Shown piece by piece: positions 15,201-29,185 of a stretch of 64,000 nt of DNA. This DNA comes from Octopus vulgaris (taxonomy: Eukaryota). Numbering within the stretch: position 1 is the stretch's first letter; each line of letters starts with the position of its first letter. The stretch covers positions 62,001-126,000 of the forward strand of contig OX597839.1 of assembly GCA_951406725.2 (NCBI GenBank), in the 5' to 3' direction. The notes under the pieces are model-generated. The model did no database searches. It was not told where the DNA came from and was given only the letters and a program-made list of their open reading frames with translations. Both the position numbers and the translations under genes were made by a program.

Positions 15201-18200
15201 GAAACGACCGAAGTGTTCCGTTCTCCTTTTCTCCAAACATACAGCACACACATAGACAGACACACCCACACAAGCGCACATGCATACACACATATACACA
15301 TGCATACACATACTCACATACACACATAAACACACATACAGATATATGCACACACACAGACACACGCACACGCACATAAGCACACACACATACATACATA
15401 CACACAAACATACGACACACAGACACACGCACACACGCATACACACCGACATACGACACACACATATCTACACACACACACAAACACACACACTAACATG
15501 CACACATACACAAACATATGCGCATTTACTCACACAGGCACACGCACAACGACGCGCACATACGCACGCACACACACACACACACACACACAGAATTACT
15601 TCCCTTGGACCAGTAAAATTCCTTCCATTTCATAATAGATTAATGCACCTTATTTCCATATTTTCTCTTTGTCTCTCTCCCTCTCTCTCTATCTATCTAT
15701 TTATTTCTCTCTCTCACTCTTTTCAGACACTCTCTCCTTCCCAGACTTTCTCCTCCTCCTCCTCCTCCTTGTCTTTCATATTCCTTTCTATTTTCCTCGT
15801 TTTGCCTCTTTTTTCTTTCTGTATCTTTCTCCTTCTCCCCAATTCTCTCTCGCTCTCTGTTCCTCTTTTCTCTTCCAATCTTTCAAATTCATTTCTATTT
15901 CTATTTACCATTTTACGACCCTTTTGCTCTTACCGTATCTTTCTTCCCCTCCCCTTTTTCTCTGTGTTTCTCTTTTTTCTCCCTTCTCTTTCCTTCAATC
16001 CTTTTCTCTCCTTCTCTCTCTCCCTCTACTCCCTCTCTCTCTCCCACTCTCACCTTCTCTCTCTCTCCCACTCTCTCCTCTCTTTCCTTACCACTCTCTC
16101 CTTCTCTCTGTCCCTGTCCCTCTCCTCTCTCTTTACCACCCCCTCTATTTTTCTCTCTACCTCTCCCACTCTCTCCCCTTCCCCCTCTCTCTCATCGGGC
16201 CTCGCTCCCTGTCCGTTACGATAGACACACACACACACACACACACTTATTAACAGTTATTTAACACACAGTCGCAAGTGTGGCTGTTTGGTAAGAAGCT
16301 TTCTTTTCAACCACATGGTTCCTGGTTCAGTCCCACTGCGTGGCACCTTGGGCAAGTGTCTCTTACGATAGCCTCGGACCGACCAAAGTTTTGTGAGTGG
16401 ATTTGGTAGACGGAAACTCAAAGAAGCCCCTTGTGTGTGTGTGTGTACGCACGCGCGTTCTATTTTTCCCCTCCCTCCACCCACCCACTACTTGACATCC
16501 GGTGTTGGTGTATATGTACCCCATGTAACTTAGCGGTTCGGCAACAGACCTAGATAGAATAAGTACCAGGCTTAAAGAATAAACATTGTAGTCGATTCAT
16601 TCAAATAAAATTTCTTTCAAGTCGGCGCCCCAGCATGGCCGCAGTCTAATAATTGACACAAGTAAAAGATTAAAAAAAAAAAACCCCCACCATTTACACC
16701 GGAATTATCCGGAAACAACCGAAGTGTTCCTTTCTCCTTTTCTCCAATCTTAAGCAGACGACATCATTCAAACAAGCTGTCGTCTGCTAATGGCTTACAA
16801 CCATAACAAATTCTTGTAGGGGGACAAACACGAATACAAATACAGAAACGCACACGTACACACTAACATATGACACACACACATATACAGACACACACAC
16901 GCACATGCACACACGCACTAGAATACATACACATACACGACCTCACACACATACACACATATAACACACAGAGGCACACACACACGCACGCACATACGCG
17001 CACACTAACATACCAACAGACATACACACACATATACACACACGCACACATAGGTACACGCACATACGAACACACACACACACTCACATGCACACATACA
17101 CAAACATATACGCATATACTAACACAGGCACACGCACACCGACACGCACATACACACGCACGCACACACACACACACATCAAGGCAAATACCTTACACAA
17201 TTACTTCCCTTCGACCATTAAAATTCCTTCCATTTCACAATAGACTAATGCACCTTATTTGTTCACCGGCCTCATTTCCATATTTTCTCTCTCTCTCTCT
17301 CTCTATCTTTATCTCTCTCTATCTCTCTCTATTTTCTCTCTCTCTCTATTTTTCTCTCTCTACTTCTCTCTCTCTCTTTTTTCAGACACTCTCTCCTTCC
17401 CAGACTTTTTCCTCCTCCTCCTTGTTTTTCACATTCCTTTCTATTTTCTTTGTTCTGGCTCTTTTTCTTTCTGTATCTTTCTCCTTCTCTCTAATTCTCC
17501 CTCGCTCTCATTTCCTCTTTTCTCTTCCAATCTTTCAAATCCATTTCTATTTCTATTTTCCATTTTACGACCCTTTCGCTCTTACCGTATCTTTCTTCCC
17601 CTCCCCTTTTTCTCTGTGTTTCTCTTTCCTCTCCCTTCTCTTTCCTTCAATCCTTTTCTCTCTTTCTCTCTCTCCCTCTACACCCTCTCTCTCCTTCTCT
17701 CTCTCTCTCCCACTCTGTCCTCTCTTTCCCTACCACTCTCTCCTTCTTTCTCTCCCTCTACCCCTCTCTTTAGCACTCCCTTCTATTTCTCTCTCTACCT
17801 CTCCTACTCTCTCCCCCTCCCCCTCTCTTTCATGGGGCCTCGCTCCCTGTCAGTTACGATACACACACAAACACACACATTAACAGTTATTTAACACACA
17901 GGCACAGGTGTGACTGTGTGGTAAGAAGCTTTCTTCTCAACCACATGGTTCCTGGTTCAGTCCTACGGCGTGACACCTTGGGCAAGTGTCTCCTACGATA
18001 GCCTCGGACCGACCAAAGTTTTGTGAGTGGATTTGGTAGACGGCAAATGAAAGAAGCCCATTGTGTGTTTGTGTGTGTGTGTGTACGCCCGCGCCTTCTG
18101 TTTTCCTTCCCTCCACCCACCCACCCACTGCTTGACATCCGGTGTTGGTGAATTTGCATCCCATGTAACTTAGCGGTTCGCAACAGACTTAGATAAAATA

Positions 18201-19223
18201 AGTACCAGGCTTAAAAAATAAACATTGGAGTCGATTCATTCAACTAAAATTTAATTCCAGCCGGTGCCCCAGCATGGCCGCAGTCTAATGATTGACACAA
18301 ATAAAAGAGAAGAAAAAATAAAAACCCACCATTTCCACCGGAATTATCCGGAAACAACCGAAGTGTTCCTTTCTCCTTTTCTCCAATCTTAAGCAGACGA
18401 CATCATTCAAACAAGCTGTCGTCTGCTAATGGCTTACAACCATTACAAGTTCTTGTTAAGCTTTACTTGTTGCAGTCATTAGACTGACTGTGGCCATACT
18501 GGGGCACTACGTTAAGGGGTTCAGTCGAACAGATCGACTCCAGTGCCTTCTTTTTTTGATACTTATTTTATTGGTTTTTTTTTACCGATCCGTTACTGCT
18601 AAATTAAATGGGATGTAAACAAGCTGACATCGGTTGTCAAGCAGTTTTAGGAGACAAATATGAATACAAATACAGAAAAACACACATACACGCCAACATA
18701 CGACACACACACATATACAGACACACACACGCACATGCACACACGCACTCGAACACGTACACATATACACCCTCACACGCATACACACATATACACGTGC
18801 CTACACATACACACATGAACACACATGCACACACATCGAAACATACACGCATACACACATACACACATACACACACATACACACAAATACACACACAGGC
18901 ACAGGCACACACTCACGCACATACGCGCACTCACACATACTGACAGACATACACACACATATACACACACGCACATACGAACACAAACACACACACTAAC
19001 ATGCACACATACACAAACATATACGCATATACACATACAGGCACACGCAGACCGAGACGCACGTACGCACGCACGCACACATAAACACGTACAGACGTTA
19101 AGTCAAATACCTTACACAATTACTTCCCTTGGACCAGTAAATTCCTTCAATTTGACAATAGACTAATGCATTGTATTTGTCACCGACCTCGTCTATTTCT
19201 CTCTCTCTATCTCTCTCTCTCTA

Positions 19224-19266
<43 letters not shown>

Positions 19267-19391
19267 GTCTATTTCTCTCACTCTCTTCAGACACTCTCTC
19301 CCTCCCAGACTTTCTCCTCCTTGTCTTTCATATTCCTTTCTATTTTCCTCGTTCTGCCTCTTTTTTCTTTCTGTATCTTTCTCCTTCTCTC

Positions 19392-19422
<31 letters not shown>

Positions 19423-22400
19423 ACCACTCTCTCTCTCTCTCTACCACTTTCTCCCTCTCCCATTCTCTCTACCACTCCCTCTCTCTTTCTTTCTCTACCT
19501 CTTCCCCCCTTTTTCTCTACCTCTCATTCCTCTCTCCCTCCCTTTCTCTCTCTCTCTCTCTACCACTCTCTCTCTCTACCACTTTCTCCCTCTCTCTCTC
19601 CCTCTCCCTTTCCCTCTACCACTCTCTCTCTCTTTCTTTCTCTACCTCTTCCCCCCTTTTTCTCTACCTCCCACCCCTCTCTCCCTCCCTTTCTCTCTCT
19701 TTCTCTCATCGGGCCTCGCTCCCTGTCAGTTACGATACACACAAACACACACATTAACAGTTATTTAACACACAGGCACAGATGTGACTGTGTGGTAAGA
19801 AGCTTTCTTTTCAACCACATGGCTCCTGGTTCAATCTTACGGAATGACACCTTGGGCAAGTGTCTCCTACGATAGCCTCGGACCGACCACAGTTTTGTGA
19901 GTGGATTTGGTAGACGAAAACTGAGAGAAGCCCATTATGTGTGTGTGTGTGTACACACGCGGGTTCTGTTTTTTCTTTCCCTCCACCCACCCACTGCTTC
20001 ACATCCGGTGTTGGTGTATTTGCGTCCCATGTAACTTAGCGGTTCGGCAACAGACCTAGATAAAATAAGTACCAGGCTTAAAAAATAAACATTGGAGTCG
20101 ATTCATCCAACTAAAATTTCTTTCCAGCCGGTGCCCCAGCATGGCCGCAATCTAATAATTGACACAAATAAAAGAAAAAAACTTTTTTTAAAAACATCTT
20201 TTAAACCGGAATTATCCGGAAACAACCGAAGTGTTCCTTTCATATTCCTTTCTCCTTTTCTCCAATCTTAAGCAGACGACATCATTCAAACAAGCTGTCG
20301 TCTGCTAATGGCTTACAACCATGACAAGTTCTTGTTAAGCTTTATTTGTTGCAGTCATTAGACTGACTGTGGCCATACTGGGGCACTACGTTAAGGGGTT
20401 CAGTCAAACAGATCGACTCCAGTTCCTTCTATTTTTGATACTTATTTTATGCTTTTCTTTTTACCGATCCGTCACCGCTAAATATACGGGGATGTAAACA
20501 AGCTAACATCTGTTGTCAAGTAGTTTTAGGGGACAAATACGAATACAAATACAGAAAAACACACATACACACAAACATACGACACACACACATATACATA
20601 CACATACACGCATATGCACACATGCACTTGAACACATACACATACACACTCATACACACATATACACAGGCCTACACATATATACACATAGAAACATACA
20701 CGCATGCACACAAACACATACACACATATACACACACAGGCACACGCACACACGCACGCACATACGCGCACACACACATACTCACAGACATGCACACACA
20801 TATACACACACGCACACGGACATACGAACACACACACACAAACACACACACTAACATGCACACATACACAACCATATACGCATATGCACACACAGGCACA
20901 CGCACGCCGACACGCACATACGCACGCACACACATACACACGCACACGTCAAGGCAAATACCTTACACAATTACTTCCCTTTAACCAGTAAAATCCCTTC
21001 CATTTGACAATGGACTAATGCCCCGTATTTGTCCACGGACCTCATTTCCATATTTTCAGTCTCTCTCTATCTCTCTCTGTCTATCTATCTATCTCTATCT
21101 CTATCCATTTCTTTCTCTCTTTCTCTTTTCAGACTCTCTCCTTTCCCAGGCCCTCTCAGCCTCCTACTTGTCTTTCATATTCCTTTCTATTTTCCTCGTT
21201 CTGCCTCTTTTTTCTTACTGTATCTTTCTCCTTCTCTCTAATTCTCTCTCTCTCTCTCTTTTCAGACACTCTCTCCTTCAAGGCTTTCTCCTCCTCCTCC
21301 TCCTCCTATAGTCTTTCATATTCCTTTCTATTTTCCTCGTCCTGCCTCTTTCTTCTTTCTGTATCTTTTTCCTTCTCTATTATTCCCTCTCGCTCTCTTT
21401 TCCTCTTTTCTCTTCCAATCTTTCAAATTCATTTCTATTTCTATTTTCCATTTTACGACCCTTTCGATCTTACCGTATCATTCTTCCCCTCTTCTTTTTC
21501 TCTGTGTTTCTCTTTTCTCTCCTCTTTCCTTCCATCCTTTTCTCTCTCTTTCTCTCTCTCTATCATTCTCTCCTTCTCTCTCTCCATCCCTCCCTCCCTC
21601 CCTCTCTCTCTCATCCGAGCTGGCTCTCTCTCAGTTACGATAACGCGTGCTCCAGCATGGCCGCAGTCTAATGATTAACACAAGTAAAAGATAAAATTTT
21701 TTTTTAAAAAACCACCATTTCCACCGGAATTATCCGGAAACAACCGAAGTGTTCCTTTCTCCTTTTCTCCAATTTTAAGCAGACGACATCATTCAAACAA
21801 GCTGTCGTCTGCTAATGGCTTAAAACCATTACAAGTTCTTGTTAAGCTTTATTTGTTGCAGTCATTAGACTGACTGTGGCCATACTGGGGCACTACCTTA
21901 AGGGGTTTCAGTCAAACAGATCGACTCAGTTCCTTCTGTTTTTTATACTTATTTTATTGTTTTCTTTTTACCGATCCGTTACCGCTGAATTTACGGGGAT
22001 GTAAACAAGCTAACATCGGTTGTCAAGCAGTTTTAGGGGACAAATATGAATACAAATACAGAAACGCACACTTACACACAAACATACGACACACACACAT
22101 ATACAGACACACACACGCACATGCACACATACACGCCCTCACACGCATACAAACATATACACATGCCTACACATACACACATGCACACACACACATGCAC
22201 ATAGAAACATACAGACATACACAAACACACATACTCACATACACACATACACACACATACACACATATATACACACAGAGGCGCACATTCGCGCACACTC
22301 ACATACTCACAGACATACACATATACACACACGCACACACAGGTACACGCACATACGAACACACACACACTCACATGCACACATATACTCATATACTAAC

Positions 22401-23209
22401 ACAGGCACACGCACACCGACACGCACATATGCACGCACACACACACACACACACACACACAATTACTTCCCTTGGACCAGTAAAATTCTTTCCACTTGAT
22501 AATAGATTCATGCCCTGTATCTGTCCACCGACCTCATTTCCATATTTTCTCTCTTTCTCTCTATCTATCTATTTCTCTTTCTCACTCTCTTCAGACACTT
22601 TCTCTTCCTTCTCCTCCTTTTCCTCCTTGTCTTTCATATTCCTTTCTATTTTCCTCGTTTTGCCTCTTTTTTCTTTCTGTATCTTTCTCCTTCTCTCTAA
22701 TTCTCTATCTCTCTCTTTTTAGACACTCTCTCCTTCAAGGCTTTCTCCTCCTACTCCTCATCCTGCTCCTTGTCTTTCATATTCCTTTCTATTTTCCACG
22801 TTCTGCCTCTTTTTTCTTTCTGTATCTTTCTCCTTCTCTCTAATTCCCTCTCGCTCTCTTTTCCTCTTTTCTCTTCCAATCTTTCAAATTCGTTTCTATT
22901 TCTATTTTCCATTTTACGACCCTTTTGCTCTCACCGTATCTTTCTTCCACCCCCCTTTTTCTCTGTGTTTCTCTTTTCTCTCCATTCTCTTTCCTTCAAT
23001 CCTTTTTTCTCTCTTTCTCTCTCTATCACTCTCTTCTTCTCTCTCGCTCTCTCTCCCTCTCTCTCTCATCCGCCCTGACTCTCCTCCTCCTCCTTCTCTT
23101 TCATATTCCCTTCTCCTTTTCTCCAATTTTAAGCAGCGACATCATTCAAACAAGCTGTCGTCTGCTAATGGCTTACAACCATTACAAGTTCTTGTTAAGC
23201 CTTATTTGT

Positions 23210-23830
23210 TGCAGTCTTAGACTGACTGTGGCCATACTGGGGCACTACCTTAGGGGTTCAGTCAAACAGATCGACTCCAGTTCCTTCTGTTTTTTATACT
23301 TATTTTATTGTTTTCTTTTTACCGATCCGTTACCGCTAAATTACATACAGCACACACATATACAGACACACACGCACACACATATACACATAGACACATA
23401 GACAGACACACACACGCACATACACACACGCACTTGAACACACATACATATACAAACCTCACACGCATACACACATATACACATGCATACACACACACAC
23501 ATACACACACATACACATATATATACACACACATACGCACACGCACATGCACACGCACATTAGCACGCGCGCGCACACACACACATACATACATACACAC
23601 ACATACATACATATACACACACACACGCATGAACACGTGCGCGCGCACACACACACACTCACACATACACACGACGGGCTCGTTCAGTATCCGTCTATCA
23701 AATCCACTCACAAGCCTTTGATCGGCCTAGGGCTACAGTTGAAGACAGTTGCCCAAAGTACCGCGTAGCAGGACTGAAACTGTAACCTTACAGTTGTGAG
23801 CCCATAGCAACCACCATATACCTGTCGGTG
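23210..23830 (-). mobile_element. SINE family A, inverted copy retaining its 5' head (right edge of the array)
   Basis: 3' part at 23210-23340, then a CA tract, then the reverse-complement head 'ccgtctatcaaatccactcacaag...gttgcccaaagtaccgcgtagcaggactgaa' at 23672-23830. Confidence 0.7.
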
Positions 23831-24132
23831 TATTGGAATTGTTCATTTTCAACCAGATTTTGTGATCAATATTGGGACAATTTCTTCCAAATCTACGCTG
23901 TTTGGACGACATATTTTATTAGTTTCTGTCAAAAGACTGCGGCCATGCTGAGGCACCAACTTGAAAACGTTTCGTTAAAGAAATCGATTCCAGTATTTTT
24001 CTGGGGTTTTTTTTTAAAGTCTGATACTTATTTTATCAATCCTTTGTGATGAGCTGCTAAGTTATGAGGACGTAAAACAAGCCAGCACTGGTTGCCAAGG
24101 TGAGTAACAATCGCAAACACGAAAGCAACACG

Positions 24133-24197
<65 letters not shown>

Positions 24198-24321
24198 CAT
24201 ATATGTATGTATATATATACATATATATACAGACATACATATATATATATATATATATATAATTTATATAATATATACAATATATATAATATATAATATA
24301 TATATATATATATAATATATA

Positions 24322-24376
<55 letters not shown>

Positions 24377-24419
24377 ATATATATAATATATATAATATAT
24401 AATATATATATATATATAT

Positions 24420-24451
<32 letters not shown>

Positions 24452-24669
24452 GTTTTGGGATTTGGTTTGCAAGATTCTTTATGTGAGTTCGTGTGTTGAA
24501 GCATATTCTGTTGTGTCTGGGGAGAGTCATTCTCTTTTAGTGCCTTATAATGTAACACACTCACCAGTAAAATTTCCACTTATTTCTTATTTTTATTATC
24601 CTAAAATTTTCGTTGCATCTTGCAACCTTTTCAATAGTTTTGACTCTGTCCGTTCTTTACACGCAGTGT

Positions 24670-25703
<1,034 letters not shown>

Positions 25704-25759
25704 TAGTCGCGGATACCGTCGCTTGATTTTTTTTTATATATAGAAGTACACTGTATCTT

Positions 25760-26066
25760 GTGGAGGCACATGGCCTAGTGGTTAGAGCAGCAGACTCGCG
25801 GTCGAGGGATCGCGGGTTCGAATCTCAGACCGGGCGATGTGTGTGTTTATGAGCGAAAACGCCAAGCTCCACGCGGCTCTGGCAGAAGGTAATGGCGAAC
25901 CTCTGCTGACTCTTTCGCCACAACTTTCTCTCACTCTTTCCTCCTTCATCTTGCAGCTCACCAGCGATGGGCCGGCGTCCCGTCCAGGCGGGGAACCTAT
26001 ACGCCAAGGAAACCGGGAAACCAACCCTTACGAGCCAGACAGGGCTCGAGAAGGAACAAACAAAAA
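25760..26066 (+). mobile_element. tRNA-derived SINE, family C, with target-site duplication
   Basis: A box TGGCCTAGTGG, B box GGTTCGAATC, 3' 'aacaaacaaaaa' tail; flanked by the direct repeat ACACTGTATCT (25749-25759 and 26067-26077). Confidence 0.9.
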
Positions 26067-26488
26067 ACACTGTATCTAGTATCTCTTATTCCTGCTTTCA
26101 ATCAAAGCTTACTAATTTGTATAGCGACTACCATCCCCCACTTTTTTTAAATAATTGCTACACTTGATCATACACATTGTTTATTTCAACAGGATAATTT
26201 TTAAGGTCAGGAGCCAGATATAGCCTCATTGAAATGAGGTTACTTGCTGGCCCCCCTCTCTCTCTCTCTCATTATCATAGTATAGATTACTGTCTCTAGC
26301 AGTAATACAAACTCAATTTTACAAAACCATGATTATTTTTAATCTATGCTCAATCTCCCGTTGGTGGTATACACATACTGAAAATTTTTTTTTGGAGGAT
26401 AATTTGGTGGAAAAAAATGTGTCCAGTAGCTGTCTCCAGTATTTTGTTGAGTGCTGTGTTTTTCACAGCGAGTTATTAAAGCTCTAAG

Positions 26489-27230
26489 ATGCCGTTTAAA
26501 CGCCTTACATCTTCTAAGGCTTCTGGCAGTGAACCCAAGTGCCAGAAAAAGGTCATGACGCTCCATGAGAAGGCACAACTGCTGGATATGTTCCAGGAAG
26601 GTAAAAGTTATGCTGCAGTAGGTCGCTATTATCTTATCAATGAAAACACTATTCCCTACATTAAGAAGAACGAGGTGGCAATCAGGACTACCGTAGCAGT
26701 TAGTTTCTGTGAAAGTGCCAAAAAGATAACGATAATGAGAAATAAGCAATTTGTCAGGATGGAATCTGCCTTGGCATTGTGGATCGGTGACTACAAGAAG
26801 AAAAACATCCTCTCGAGCAGTAACATCATCCGCGAGAAAGCGCGAAAATTATACCAGCAGTTCAACAGAGGAGACGGAGCAGAAGGCACCGAAGAACTGT
26901 AACCAAGACCATTAACAGCACCGGAGCATGAAGATTTTCAAACCAGCAAGGGATGGTTTGACCGTTTTCAGAAACAGTTTACAATGAAGTGTGTTTCCTT
27001 GCATGGAGAGACAGCATCAACCGACAAAAAAGCCGCCGAGAAGTACCTCGAGACCTTCAGACAGATCATCGAGAACAAAGGATACAAGCCGGAACAGGTT
27101 TTCAGAATGGACGAGACTGATTTGTTGTGGAAGAAGATGCCTTCCAGAACGTACGTCATGAAGGGCGAAGTCAGAGCCTCAGCATTTATGGCACAGAAGG
27201 ACAGAGTGACGCTAATTATGTTTGGAACAT
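26489..27230 (+). pseudogene. Tigger/pogo-family transposase fragment (psq-HTH + CENP-B HTH + start of DDE domain)
   Basis: Translation KKVMTLHEKAQLL...MESALALWI...IIREKARKLY...[TAA 26900]...SKGWFDRF...LHGETASTD...YKPEQVFRMDETDLLWKKMPSRTY...KDRVTL carries Tigger/TIGD motifs. It has one in-frame stop and is truncated at the 3' end. Confidence 0.93.
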
Positions 27231-27776
27231 ATTTTAAAATAAGCATTAAAACGCCTACGCACGTTTCAGTTTAGTCGCTTGGCAAACAGTAATGCGGATC
27301 TGCAAGATTCGAACCTTGTTAAAAGTTGTTGATTTTATATATAACCGAACTGTACCAGATCTCATCAGGGCTTTCTATTGAAAAGAGCGTATTGTTACAA
27401 CCCCTAACCGTCTATTTTTCAAATCCCTCATAGTCTTTTAACACAATTCGATTAGCTAATACCTTCCTCTATTACTTTAATAACGTTCTTTCTTTATCTC
27501 ATAACTTAAAGTTTTCATTATACAGAAGTTTTACTACATATGAATATGCGGTCCTCCTTATCCATCTTCTTAAGTACGTTATTGCCATCTTGCTTATCGT
27601 ATCATATAATTCTAATTCCTCCGAAAAATATGTAAACCCTGATGAGATCTGGTCCAATTCAGTTATATATATAATCAACAACTTCTAACATGGTTCGAAT
27701 CCTGCAGATCCGCAGTACTGTTTACCAAGCGACTAAATGGAAACATGTGTCGGCCTTTTAATGCTTATTTTAAAAT
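27231..27776. mobile_element. MITE with ~140-bp imperfect terminal inverted repeats, truncating the Tigger ORF
   Basis: 27231-27370 (attttaaaataagcattaaaa...gatctcatcaggg) is an imperfect reverse complement of 27637-27776. Confidence 0.85.
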
Positions 27777-27888
27777 TATATTTTTTCCTTTAAATTTTTA
27801 TTTGTATTCATTTATTTGCTATATTTTATTGTGCTTATCATGATACAAATAACATAAACATTGATAATTAACTCTTCGTTTTCTTATA

Positions 27889-28660
27889 CTAGCTGACGCA
27901 CCCAGTAATTCCCGGGGAAGCTGGGCTTATCCCTTGGTTCCGTTCTCATAATTGTTTCGCTAATCCAATAACAACAATACAAAGTATGTAGCCCTGAAAA
28001 CGGTTTTTGTGCATTTACAGAGAATACCGGACTGTCTTATACAGGATCTCGTTTTTAGGAATTCCCAATAAGTTACGAATACCTAAATTGTGAAATCAGT
28101 TACATAATACCATGAAATTAGTTACCCGATAGTAAGAATTCAAAGAAAGTAACCCCGAAAAGCGCCTTAATGCGTTCCCAGAGTATATAGAACTTAGGAG
28201 GAAATACTAATAAGGTATGTATACTAAAATCGCGAAGCATGTTACGTAATAACAGGATAAAGAGATATGAGATAATAACAATTCAAAATAAATAACTCTG
28301 AAAAGGCCTTTTGTGCGTTTCCAGAGAATATTACCCTCAGCGGTGTTAGTGTTGGTATATTCGTGAATAAGTCACAAACCGAAATAAGTGGATCTATTGT
28401 TTAGGAAAATACTATTTATTTGTTTAAGAGTTGTACTGGATAAATTGTGAAAATAACTCTAACAGTTCAAATACTAAGAAATAAGCATACTCAATTTGAT
28501 TTATACCAAATAATTTAGGATATTGAATGGGTTATTTCCCTTGGCTATATATAAGGATCCCTTCCAGAGGCAAGTGGGTTATTTCCCTTGGGTGTTAAAA
28601 GAAAATATATTAGATATATATATATAAGGATCCCTTCCAGGGTTCCTGTTATCGATTTTT
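27889..28660 (-). mobile_element. Probable non-autonomous Helitron
   Basis: The minus strand ends cccgggaattactgggtgcgtcagCTAG-t, i.e. a GC hairpin followed by CTRR. The far boundary is uncertain. Confidence 0.5.
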
Positions 28661-28998
28661 TTCAACAATCTGAGTATGCCATGAGATTTCCAGACATGAG
28701 TTCTACTCACGTGTCATGTTTCATCAAAGTCAATAAAACGATGTAGGATGAGTTAGTTAACAACTCCACAAACACACCCACATACAGAATTTCCCACATA
28801 TGTTGTAGATTAATATTTATATATGTATATGTGTGTGTGTGTTCATATATATATACACACACACACACGCACGCACGCACACACACACACATATATACGT
28901 CACAAAAGATCTGAGATTCATTCCAGGTAAACATTTTTATCTGAGTAATCAACCTTTACTGTGAAAAATAAATTAGTTCAACTCTTCTTCCTTCACTC

Positions 28999-29040
<42 letters not shown>

Positions 29041-29079
29041 ACTCACGCGCACGCACACACATACACACACATTTATTCC

Positions 29080-29185
29080 ACAAATACCATTGAAACCGGA
29101 ATTGTCTAGAAACCATTCTTCTTTCAGTATTCTTCTTTCAGACGATAACATTCAAACAAGCTATCGTCTGCTAATAGCTTACAGG
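29080..29185 (+). repeat. Solo diverged copy of the array core
   Basis: 'accattgaaaccggaattgtctagaaac...cagacgataacattcaaacaagctatcgtctgctaatagcttaca' aligns to the array core and is preceded by CT and CA tracts, with no flanking SINEs. Confidence 0.85.

Larger units (their letters stand above)
1..23340. repeat. Tandem macro-array of ~15 composite units (1.4-2 kb): CA tract / CT-rich tract / SINE(+) / conserved hairpin core / SINE 3' part (-)
   Basis: The core 'ttatccggaaacaaccgaagtgttcc...aagcagacgacatcattcaaacaagctgtcgtctgctaatggcttacaacc' recurs at ~470 (partial), 1435, 2890, 4840, 6726, 8795, 10400, 12176, 13845, 15195 (partial), 16705, 18345, 20212, 21731 and 23111 (partial). Shared flanking blocks are in the same order. 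The array continues off the left edge. Confidence 0.95.

Noticed and set aside
1415-23200. CRISPR-like array (conserved palindromic repeat with variable spacers)
   Set aside because: The spacers are kb-long and homologous to each other, the context is eukaryotic and there are no cas genes.
104-23768. Dozens of ORFs rich in HT/CV/LS/ER dipeptides
   Set aside because: They are translations of (CA)n, (TG)n and (CT)n tracts and SINEs; they overlap in all frames and have no domain signal.
25762-25835. Functional tRNA gene
   Set aside because: It has A/B boxes but no proper acceptor stem, and continues into a SINE body with tail and TSD.
27637-27660. CTGATGA as a hammerhead core
   Set aside because: There is no downstream GAAA-helix III-UH; it is part of the MITE TIR.
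28528-28592. Duplicated GGGTTATTTCCC as NF-kB sites
   Set aside because: They lie in a Helitron-like repeat; a similar motif occurs in the Helitron at ~37830.
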